Program-made: the position numbers and the translations under genes
In this document: one piece after another, positions 12,725 to 23,780 of the stretch
Layout of the letters: every line of letters starts with the position of its first letter
Position numbering within the stretch: position 1 is the stretch's first letter
Source: Nageia nagi
Taxonomy: Eukaryota; Plantae; Pinophyta
Length of the DNA stretch: 64,000 nt
Direction: 5' to 3'
NCBI GenBank assembly: GCA_050084985.1
Contig: JBITNC010000001.1
Coordinates: 86,986,001 to 87,050,000, forward strand
The notes under the pieces: model-generated
The model's input: the letters and a program-made list of their open reading frames with translations, nothing else
What the model was told of the DNA's origin: nothing
The model's database searches: none

Positions 12725-14299
12725 CTAAAGCTGTAGAGTATCATCTTTTCTCTGGTGCTTGGTAAGTGAAGGGAACCTTAACCTCCAGAGATTTTGATCA
12801 CTGGCTTTGGGTGTTGGTTTGGTTTCTGGAAATGGGAATTTTTGGGAAACCATTTCCTTTTCTAGGATCTTTTCCTTAGAACCATGAACTACATCTTGCC
12901 TTTTAGGAAACACTACTCCGAAACTCTTTTGGGGTTCAACTTTTATTTCCGGAATGCTGGAGACTAGGGGACTTTTTCCTGATCTTGTTTCCATAGCAAA
13001 AACTCCTATATCTACCGGTACAAAATTCATCAGGTTCACATTTTGGTTCATGTCATTAGCTACATCGGGTAGAGGAATACCCCCACTTCTTGATAGATAC
13101 TCTTGGTACTGATAAACAAGGCATGTGGTTTGTTCATAAGCATCATTGCAGGCCAAACACAAACCTGTGGCTGACCCAAAAGGGGAAGCTTGGCCTACAT
13201 CCTCGTTTAACACATGCTGAGCTTTTTCTATAGCAGGATAAGGATATCTTCTTGCATTATTTTATCTGCTTAGAATGGTAATCTAGTTTGCCATATTTCT
13301 ACACAAGTTTCAAAGTTCCTGAATCTCCGTCGATGAAGCTACCCCTTGATTCATATTAGGTTGATAAGGGGTTGGTAAAGCTAAGGGAGCTCTAGGGACT
13401 AGCAAGGTTGATGGCCACTCTTGAACAGGGGTGGGGATACTGGCCAGTGGTGGAGCCAAACTAATTGCTTGAGGTCTCAAAATTTGCTATTGGGTGGTTA
13501 TTGGAAAATAAGGCATTGACATGTGACTTGGCAATTTTCCAACTACAATAAGATAGGATTCAGCATATACTGCTTGTCTATAGACCTTTGAGAAAGTATT
13601 TACTCCAGAATTTTGGATTTGTAGAGAGAGATCCGGAGGAAAGGCTCTCAGGTAATACATTAAGGCTTGAAATTGTTGAGGCCTGACTGGCATTGGGACT
13701 CTCATCCAAGTTTTTTGGAATCTAATATTGAAATCAGGGATATTTTTTTGCTCATATCCTTTGATTGAAGTGAACTGTGTTAACAAGGAAAAAGGATCTC
13801 CTAATTCATTAAATTCCAAGATAAAGGGCTCTACCAGTTGAGCCCAAGTGGTTATAGATCCATTAGGAAGGCCCCTGTACCAACATAGGACCTTTCCCTT
13901 AAAAGACTGAGCCAGTAATCTCACCATGACATCTTCATGCTAGATATTGTGAATCTTAGCTAGGCCAACTACATCAACACAATGCTCATAAGCCATTTTC
14001 TCTGAAGTCGCATCAAACTCCAGAAGGGTTTTGAAAACATTTGCTGGGATGTCATGCAACACCGCCAGGGCTATTGGTACCCCATTGTCCCATTCTGGAT
14101 AAATATTCTGAGCTAGATTAGCCATTTTAGGAGAGGTATTTCTAGTGTGAAGATTGGATGATTCTAGCTTGGTAAAGGATTTTAGGGAGCTGATACTATT
14201 CAGAGACTTAGACTTGATCAGCGTCTTTCTCTTAGGAGTATCTAACATTCTAAAATCCAGTGCTTCTTTTGCTGCTCTAGTTTTAGATCTTGTCCACAT
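12725..14299 (-). pseudogene. gag of element C (fragmented)
   Basis: ORFs 13940-14299, 13487-13927 (RLLAQSFKGKVLCWYRGLPNGSITTWAQL, retrotransposon gag) and 12725-13213 (CLACNDAYEQTTC knuckle remnant). Confidence 0.88.
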
Positions 14300-14390
14300 A
14301 AACTCTAGGTTGCAAAAGAAAGTGACAGGTTCAAAAGCACATATAATATTTATAAATAATTTGCTTTAATACATACCATAGATAGTGCTT

Positions 14391-14404
14391 CAGCAGAGTC
14401 GCCA
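14391..14404 (-). promoter_or_regulatory. Second PBS-like site, tRNA-Arg(ACG)-like
   Basis: Minus strand TGGCGACTCTGCTG, the first 14 nt of the Ogre-type PBS TGGCGACTCTGCTGGGGA. Confidence 0.7.
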
Positions 14405-14418
14405 ATAAGTTTCTTCGT

Positions 14419-14436
14419 GTCCCATCAGGTGTGCCA
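14419..14436 (-). promoter_or_regulatory. Primer binding site, tRNA-Arg(UCU)-like
   Basis: Minus strand TGGCACACCTGATGGGAC versus recalled TGGCACACCCGGTGGGAC (2 transitions); 11 nt from the 5' LTR. Confidence 0.8.
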
Positions 14437-14447
14437 AAAAGAAATAC

Positions 14448-16160
14448 TGTTGATTAGGAGTGTGTAATATATGCACCGTGAACAATCTTAACCAAAGTAA
14501 ATCAAGAATAGACTATGGTAACAGTCTGATCTCCGGAGAAGGCCGGTTCCTTATACATTGGGTGTAGGAGAAGTAATAGGAAAGAAAATAAAAAGGAGTA
14601 GAGTGCAAGGAATTTAAGAAAAAGGGTTAGGGTAGCAGGAAAGAAAATAAAAAAGAGTAGAGTGCAAGGAATTTAAGCAAAAAGGCTTAGGGTAACAAGA
14701 GAGAAAGCAAAGGTGGATCACTAGTTCAGCGTGGGCTTTCACAGTGTGTGAAACCTTGGTCTGAATCTAGTGTAGCATATACGGTACAAGCTCTCACTCT
14801 CTAATAGTTTCCCAGCTTTACTCTACCATATAGCAAACATAGTTATACTAGCAGCTCACGATTATCATTCAGGAAATAAGCCAAAGCTGCCACGATGTAA
14901 CAAATTAAGAATGACAATTACAAGTGCTAGATAAGAAAGGTCAAGATGGTATCATATTACTGATAAAAACTACATGTCTTCGAGAACAAATGTAAAGAGC
15001 AATACTAGGGCTTTCGACCCTTCTTTCATTTTATTTTCATATACTTATACTGAAGCAACAACAGTTATAAGAATTGCAGAATAGAAATGTTTACAAAACG
15101 GCTTCAAGATTCTAGCCTTCTTTTAACTGATACTACCTACATATGCCACTTGGTAGAATATTACAAAACTGGGTAGATTGCAGATGATACGGCTTCTTGA
15201 TGACTGTGATCTGACTTCTTGCTATCCTCATCTCTTTTGGGATATTTTATTTACTGGCTTCGACTATTTGATCTCTCTTTGCTATTCTCATCTCTACATT
15301 CTAGAATGCTCTATTCATTGGCTCTGACTATTTGATCACTCCTTGCTGACCTCATCACTTTTGGCACCCAATTTCATTAAAAAATGTGAAGATCGTTCTC
15401 CCCATGACATCATCTTCATACTTTCAGAATGCTCTACTCACTGGCTCTGGCTATTCGATCACTCCTTGCTGACCTCATCACTTCTGGGACCTGGTTTCAT
15501 TAAAAAATGTGAACATTGCTCTCCTTGTGACATCATATTCATACTTCTAGAATGCTCTACTCACCGGCTCTAGCTATTTGATCACTCTTTGCTGACCTCA
15601 TCACTTCTGGGACCCGATTTCATTCAAAAATGTGAACATTATTCTCCCCGTGATGTCATCTTCATACTTTCAGAATGCTCTACTCACTTTCTCTGGAACC
15701 TGGGCTTTTCCACAACTAAGCTTTTATCATTTCATTCCGGAATGCTTTATCTACTGACTCCAGCCCTTTTAATCACTGCTTGCTGACCTCATCATCTCTG
15801 GAACCCAATCTTTACCAAAATGCGACTATCTTATCCTCTATGATGTCATCATCTTATTCCGGAATGCTTTACTTTTGGAACACTTAATTTACGGGCTCTG
15901 ACTTCTTCGATTATCTCTTGCTGACCTCATCACTTTCGGGACCTAGTTTCGGGTTAAGCCCTGAAATTGCTGATGTCATCTCTTTTGGAACCCGGGTTAC
16001 TCAACATTAACTTCGAGGGGCTTTTCTTCTTTCATAATGAAGCAATTACTTTCGAAAATTGTTCTTAAAACCCATTGTGATTATGCTTAGCTTACGTCAC
16101 CTTCGTAAGTGATCATACTTTCAAAAAAACCTTGGAGTAGTGATTATGTATTAATATACA
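14448..16160 (-). repeat. 5' LTR of element C
   Basis: Direct repeat of 2646-4359, upstream of gag on the minus strand. Confidence 0.97.
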
Positions 16161-16787
16161 TGTCCTATAGTTGAAAAAGGATCTACAAACATATGAGTTG
16201 AAAGGCATTAAGGTGAAAATGTATGAGTAGACTACCATTGATAATAAAATGATATTAGATTGGAAATGAGAGTAGAAAAATGGCTATAGAGATTGATTGC
16301 ATATTTCTTATAGAGATAATTGGATGATAATTTTGATGAGCTAAAGATCAGAGAAGGATTTGTGAATAGAGAAGACATTTTTATATCAAACCTTTAAACA
16401 AGATTTGAAGTCCAAGTTGGTGCTTGGCAAGAGGGGTTGGTGCTCCTTGCAATGGGTGTTGTAGATCTTAGGAGTTGGTGCTCCTTTTAGTTGAAGCTAA
16501 TAAATTATAGGAGTTAGTGATCCTTCTAGTTGATGTTGGTAAACTAAGTGTAAAGATGGTGCTTTGCAATGGCTAGATTTGGACCATGATCTAAGCAGTC
16601 TTATCTGAAGATGTAGCTACATTTGTGAATATCATTATATCTTATGTTGTGTGATGCTCTTTTATGGTGTATTCTTTACTTAGTTTTATATTTGTGCTAT
16701 TATGTTTTACATGGTAAAGTTACAAATTTAAGTTTAAATAAATCACACTGATTCACCCCCCCTCTCAGTGTCACTTGGAGTTCAACA

Positions 16788-17963
16788 ATTTCACATGGAA
16801 AGGGCTTAACAAGGATATCTTTAAGTCTATGAGGGAGTATACCAAATGTCAAGAAGATAAGGTAGATAATATATATCCATCAAGACTATTAAAACCTTTA
16901 TTAATACCCACAAAAAATGAGAGAGCATTTCCATGGACTTCTCTACATGATTTTCTCAGATGCAAGGAAAGGATTGCATCTTTGTTGTGGTAGAAAAATT
17001 AATAAAATATGCTTGCTTATTTACCATTATCATCACCTACATGATTATAAAAGTATCTAAACTATTTTTCAAAGAGGTATTTAAATTGCATAGGTTACCA
17101 AAATAATTTATAAGTGATAAGGATAAAAAATTCATGAGCATGTTTTGGCACGAACTCTTCAAATTGAGTGGGAAAAATTTAACACTAAGCACTAGTTATC
17201 ATCCCAAAATGAATAGATAAATGGAAGTGGTAAATATATGACTAAACCAATACTTAACACACTATGTAACATGGAAACACAAAGCATGGATCAAGTGGTT
17301 ACATCTAGGAGAATACTATTACAATACTACTCATCATATCTCAATACAAATATTATCATTTATGGTATTATATGGATATGAGGCTCTCAACTTTGTAGAT
17401 ATATTTTTTGAAGATGGAAGGGATCCCAAAGCTTAGGAATTTTTGTTGGATAACCAAGATATCATGAGGAAAATCAAGGCAAAGTAATGTTTGTTAACCA
17501 AAATAGGACTAAAGGCACATTTGAGGAAGGATACATGGTGTATTTAAGGTTGCATTCTTACAAATAATCCACACTCAAAAAGAGGGGGGAAAATAAAATC
17601 TAGCCAAGATTTTTTGGACCCTAGAAGGTCTTGCACAAAAAAGGAAAGGAGGCATATGAACTAGATCTACCCATCGACCATAAGATAGAAAACATCTTCC
17701 ATGTCTCATGCTTGGAAAAGGAACTTGGACAACATATACGTCCCTTACTGGATCTACCTCCACTGGTTGAATAAGGGAAGTTAATCTTAATTTTAGAGCA
17801 TATATTGAACACAAGGGAGAGGAAGAGGAGATATAAAATTATCAAGGAGAACTTGGTCAAATGAAAATATCTATCTAAATAAGACATCACATAAGAGGGA
17901 TAAAAGATACTTACGCATACAACTTTGCATTACTTGGGGTTAAGCAATTTCGGAGGGGAAGAG
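16788..17963 (+). mobile_element. Element A pol part 2: integrase core, GPY/F region, chromodomain remnant, PPT
   Basis: FTWKGL...TKCQ, FKLHRLPK*FISDKD, STSYHPK; chromodomain-like ILNTRERK...ENLVK*K...DIT*E at ~17781-17900; PPT GGAGGGGAAGA at 17952-17962. Confidence 0.88.
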
Positions 17964-18099
17964 TGTGATGTTGTTTTTTAAAAGTTATTCATTTTTAGGT
18001 GTGATTTAATAGGTAATAGTACTTTAATGTATCTTAGGCATGATTATAATCTTATTATAGGAGATTTAAGGGTCCAAGGGACATATTGTGAGCCCCTAT

Positions 18100-19294
18100 T
18101 GTGAACACCTCAAAACCCTAACACCTAAAACATTCAAGCCATCTATGAGCACTTTAAAGATTTTAAGTTGTTCAATCCTATCTTTCTTATGTTGTGATAT
18201 AAAAATAATGATAAAAGCATGGTTTAGAAATGGTCCTTAGTCTTCAATGATGTTAAATAGTGCTCAAATTTGAAAGGAAACAATAATGATTAAAAGGGAT
18301 CTCAAATCATAAGTCCTTTGGATCTTATGATTTTTCAAAATGAGGTAGAACCCCAACTCTACAAGGTTGTAGATCCCCTTAATCCATAGTCAAATGGAAA
18401 TTCATAAAGATATCAATGCCTATAATGCAAATGTATTAAAGATTGATAAAGATCAATGCTATATTCTTGAACAAGGATAATTGATAATTGTAGATGATAA
18501 AACTATGCTAAATTGAAAAATGATATTAAATATTTGAAAAAATGCAATGTGTATTCAAAGATCCAATTAGATGACAATGTATGACAAGAATGGTTACAAA
18601 TTCAAAGCTAAGAATGGTAGATCCAAGCTAAGAATGCAACTAAATCAATAAATATGTGACAACCATAGGGTTTGGACCTTATCCTTAACCCTAGGATGTA
18701 ATTAGCGTAGACCAATGCCTATATATCACACAAATGCATGCATATTTTTAAATAAAGGATACAAGTTTTAATCAACAATGATTTGATATGCCAAATATGT
18801 AAATGATAGTGAAAGCCAATATTAATGTCTCAAGCAAACCCCAAATAGTCAAAGAGTACCTCAATCCATGTAAAATGGAGAACTATACTCAAAGAGTGAA
18901 TATGAATGCTCTTAACGTGATGTATCCTTCATAATGATCTCATAAAGCTTAGGTAAAAGAGCTAGAAAATATGCAAAGTCACAAAGTTCATATGTGTCAG
19001 AGTGTAAAAATCAAAGAAGCTCAAAATTTGTGCCATTTGAATTTTATAATGCTAAGTCAAAATCATCTAGGTGACTATGATGTCTCATGGATTTTTCAAG
19101 TGAATTACAAGTCATTTGGACAACTGGAACTAAAGGTGTTAGCAAAAATATAAGGTCAAGACTAAGTTGATTAGTTTAGTCAAAGAAACTATAAAATATA
19201 CATCAGTCCAACATGATAATATAACACATGATATATGTCAAAATATCAATGTAACCCATTCAACAAAGCAAGATGCATTTTTAAGTTATTTATA
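18100..19294 (-). repeat. 3' LTR of element D
   Basis: Aligns with ~36274-37458 (e.g. CCATCTATGAGCACTT...AAGATTTTAAGTTGTTCAAT); adjacent to PPT AAAAAGGGGAAAC on the minus strand. Confidence 0.9.
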
Positions 19295-19664
19295 GTTTCC
19301 CCTTTTTGTGATGAGCTTCGAACCTATGAGAAGCTTAGTACAAAAATATGTAAAATGATAATTGATAATGATAAATGATAAATTATGATAAAATGACCAG
19401 GATGAGAGCTAGTTTCAGTGCATGACATGCCGTATAAGATCATCCTAATCACTCAACACTAATATGATTTCAGACATAACAAGTCACATAAGACATAATT
19501 GAGCACCATGAGAATCTAATGAAGTCTGGTTTTGGCACATGATAGGTTGTATAGGATGGGATTGGATCTCATTATAATGGACCTATGAAAAAAGTTTGAC
19601 ATGTAGATGAAGTAGCCATTGGACAATAAAGAAAAAATTTAATCTAATTTAAACTAAACTAATC

Positions 19665-20100
19665 TAAGCGTTGAAAGGGAAATGATATCTACTTTGCCCT
19701 AATATTTGAAGAGAATGACCTTTGCTTTGCTCCAACAGCTGAAGGGTGTTTGACTCTACTTTTTGCCAACATTCAAAGGGAAATGATCATAGGTATGTAG
19801 ACCTACCAAGCATGAGACCATAACATTTAGGAATATGACACTTGCATAATAGTGACTAAGCTGAGCATGATGACATCTGAATATGTTGATCTCCAATCAA
19901 TCATGTCATGCTAAGCTAACAATTCTAAACATGGTGATGTTAGAATGTGTTTATTACCAATCCACCATGATGAAGTGCAATGATCTTTTTAAACATGATG
20001 ATGTTATAATATGATGATTGCCAATCCATCATGCCAAACTAATAATCATCTAGTAAACATTCATAATGCAAAAAGCATTGACCATGCATCCAACATGCCT
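19665..20100. repeat. Degenerate tandem arrays (~35 bp and ~62 bp) in the 3' UTR of element D
   Basis: Recurring GAA.GG.AATGA..CT.CTTTG units, then AAACATGATGATGTT...CCAATCCA.CATG units. Confidence 0.6.
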
Positions 20101-21539
20101 CTTATGAAGTTCATGATGAACCTACTAAAAATCAAAAGTTTGATTAGTTTGAAATTATGTGTGAATCTCTCCCCCTCAAATGGGAAGGTGTGATGGATGA
20201 AAAAATAAGATGCTTGACTATTTGACTAAATGAAGCAAGAAATGATGATCATGATCAAAGATTTACAAAGTGTGATATGGACTAAGCAAATCATCCTGAT
20301 GACTACAGGTCATCTAGATGACTAGGAAAAATCAAGTCATATAGGTGATTAGGGATCATTCAGATGATCCAATTAGGGAAAAAAAGGAAAAAATAAAAAG
20401 TAAAATCAACGATTTGGTTATCTTATGTTGAATTGATACTTTTGTTGACCATTATTACTAAGCGACTGTGTTGTTTGAGATAATGACTTGCGATGACCTG
20501 CAAGGGAAGCAACTAGTGGAGAAAGTGACATGAATTACCTTTGTTTGACCAATGCACAATGACCAAAGGACCTCAACATGGTAGTTATGGGTCTAGGGGG
20601 AGGGCCACTTGGAGGGGATGAGCCATAGCCAAAAATGATTAGTGCCTAACCCTCAAAACCCTATTTTTTAGTTATTTACTATGTGTGTGTGTTGTGATTA
20701 AATGGTAGGTTTGTTGTTGGTTTACAAGCTTAAAAGAGTGGTTTTAAACAATGACATATGATTTAATTGTTGTATTGAATATAAACCAAAAATGGATTGT
20801 ATTGTTTAGTGTAAGTTAGACACTTGCAGTTTAAACTTGGTGAGTAACATAAGTTAAAATCCTACAAAACATAAGACAATGAAATATGATAATGAATATC
20901 ATAAAAAAAATCATATAGCCAAGGTGTTAATAAAGCTCCTTTATAGCAACTATAAATCACAGGATCCACACACTATCAAGCTTAACACTAGGAAATAAAT
21001 ATAGTAATAAATGACTCCACCCATATTGAACACACAACATGGCCACAACCATTGATTGTGTAATTAATTAAACAAGGCAAGAAAGTTTGTTAAATTTGAT
21101 AGATGTTGACACATTATAGTATTAGAATGTATAAAGTTTGCATGTTATTTTTTATTTTTTGTTTTATGATATACATGTTATTTTTTTTTCATTTTTAAGA
21201 CTCTACAAATCATCTTAATCTTGAATGATCCAATTTGGGGGTCTCCCATGTGAAGGACTATTAGAAAAATCATTTGGATAAATTACCAAGTCATTTGAAA
21301 CCTAGATGACTAGGGTAAACCTAGTTGCCCTTCATGAAGATAATTTTTACCAAAAGAGAACACACTAAAAAATGAAAAATGCAAACTTAGATAAAATTCA
21401 AATATGCATCCTAGGGGACACATAGGACTAACATAGACATAGAGACCACTAACTTTAGAAATAGATATAATAAATTAACTAAAAAACATTGACATCTCAA
21501 TATTTATGCTAAATGAATGTCCAACATAAGTTTCAACCT

Positions 21540-23780
21540 CTATGGAAAGAGGTACAGGCAATGCTGACATAGATAAAATGTGATTGGCTAGAGGTTTGGG
21601 GGCTCATAGGAGTCACAAGGATTCTCCCCATCATAGAATACACCTCATATATGATTACAATCAGGGAGTGATTTGATCCAAACTAATGCATATTCCTATT
21701 CCTGATAGGGAAGATGATAGTGATGCTAGAGGATGACTATTGTATATTCAAACTAGTGCTCAAGGATGACCAGATCATAGTAGCCATCAATAGGGTGATC
21801 ATCAGACCATATGTAGGAAAAAAATTTAGGACATGGGATCTTGTCAATGGTGGGGTACTCATTGACCCACTAATATTATCACTAGAGCCACCTTGAACAA
21901 AGAGAGGTGATGGCTATGCTACTTATATCATTATTTATACTACTTGATTCCTTAAGACCTAGGTTACCTTGGAACATGTTTGAGATTGTTAATCAGATGG
22001 TCCAGGAGAGGATAGTTTTTGCATGGGGCCCAGTGCTACTAGTGCAAACCTACAAGGAGCTAGCAGTAGCAGCTAGAGGAAGGTGAGGAGTTAGCACTAC
22101 ATTACTACTCCAAGTGTGAGCTAAAGATGATGGGGGACATCCCCCAAATGGTAGGTGTAGAGCTTCCATGCACTCATCACTAGGAGCATGAGTAGTAGAG
22201 GTAAAGGAGACACCCTCATGAGGGAAACATTGAATGGTACAAGGCCATGCTAATGATCCTACAATAATAAGATGTTATCTACCAACCATACTAGGGAAGG
22301 TTGATATGGGTAGAGAATGCAGTGAAACTGGCTCATGCCTATAGGGCATGACATGTCAAGGACCACCACATCAGGGACATGGAGATGTTTAGTTTTAAGA
22401 GAGTCCAACACTAGCACAAGTTGGTATAGGATGTCCTTCTTGACCTAATGCTGTATGGGAGAGTGGATGGGGAGGCACTAATGTGGTTAAGACTAACATA
22501 TGTAGAGCTCAACATATAACCAGATGCACCAATGGATAGATCAGTAATAGATGATGTGAGCACCATGCCTGATTATGAATCATAGTGGGCACCATAGTGG
22601 GATCTACTCCCAATATGGCTGATCATGTAGACATAATGAGGTACCCCATCCATAGACCATTGGATCCCAAAGGGGGTAGTTGGCCTAAGGGTTAAGGAGG
22701 AAGTGATCAAGGAGGTTAGAGAGGAGGATATGAATGGTGAGTATGATGCCTAGGGTGAGGGGAATGATGAGGGTGATGGTGCCCCTAAGGATGTTGAGGG
22801 ACATAATTCCTAAGAGATGGACATAGAATTCCTAGAGCTACCATCTCAAGAGGAGGTGGAGAGGCCTAGGATCCCATGATTCCATCTTGGAGAGCTCAAC
22901 CCTCATATGGTTAATCTACAGGTATAGAAGGATGGATTACAAGCCCAGGTGAAAGAGCTATAGGAATAGTTAATCGTAGGGAAGGTAACGAGGAGTGCAA
23001 TAGTGGTAGCTTAGGCGATAGTTGAGGTAATACTTGTAGTGGTAGTAGGGTTGATTAACATCCTTTAGAGTTAGCTGGAGGTAGATCATACCATAAGGTC
23101 AATAGTAGAGGGATGCGGAGAGGGGATGCAAGGAGACATGCAAATCCTCCTTATTTTTATGGCAATGGCCAAGGAGAGAGATTCACTTAAAGCATAGGTA
23201 GAGGTGGGTGTGGGTCCCAATGTTGAGGTTAGCACAAAGATAGAGGTGCTACTAATAGGCCTTGATGATAAGGTAGGGATACTTATAGATGTAGCAATCT
23301 AGATAGACCCATTAGAGATAAGGCCCTTGTCAACATTGAGTGACATGTCTAGATAATTAAGCTAGGCATTGGATGAGGTGGATAGGGCCATCATGAGGGC
23401 ATTGGCATGGAAGAGATAGCTAATAGAGGTAGGATTAGTCCCTATTGATCTAGAGGATTCCAAGACCACCTCCATAGCTTATATTATGTCCCAAAACATG
23501 GTGAGGAGCCATTGTAGTGAGGGGCACTTAGTTTGATAGCTAACACCATATAAAGTAATGACTATAAAGACCACTACAAAAAGGGCTAAGATAAAAGAAG
23601 AGATGGGGAGAGGGACTGGTGGGCTTGTTAGGTGAGCCATATCACAAGTGGAAGGATGATTCTTTAGATCATCCCCTTAATTTGGGTAGAGTGGCATGGT
23701 TAGAGAGAGCAACCTGATAGGGGAGCATATAGAGGGGTAGGGGGAGATGAGTACTCCCCTAATCAATGTCGATGATAGGA
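21540..23780 (+). pseudogene. Antisense extra ORF of element D with plant mobile domain (PMD, aminotransferase-like) remnant
   Basis: Manual translation: IRE*FDPN*CIFLFLIGKMIVMLEDDYCIFKL (cf. ERW.PET.TFHLP.GEMTVTLEDV..IL.L), FAWGPVLLVQTYKEL, LLLQV*A; then acidic and coiled-coil-like remnants. Confidence 0.75.

Larger units (their letters stand above)
2646..16160 (-). mobile_element. Full-length Tat-lineage Ty3/gypsy LTR retrotransposon C (TatII-like, aRH between PR and RT), 13,515 bp
   Basis: Two ~1.71-kb direct LTRs with TG...CA ends, perfect 5-bp TSD TGTCC (2641-2645 and 16161-16165), and gag/PR/aRH/RT/RH/INT remnants on the minus strand. Confidence 0.97.
1307..16787 (+). mobile_element. 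Ty1/copia-type (SIRE-like) solo LTR, ~2 kb net (1307-2645 + 16161-16787), split by element C
   Basis: Termini TGTT...TTCAACA. The 3' end has CACTGATTCACCCCCCCTCTCAGTG, and GTTGGTGCTCC-type repeats lie at 16415-16530. It interrupts the integrase of element A exactly between ...AMRER and FTWKGL. No clean TSD seen. Confidence 0.7.
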
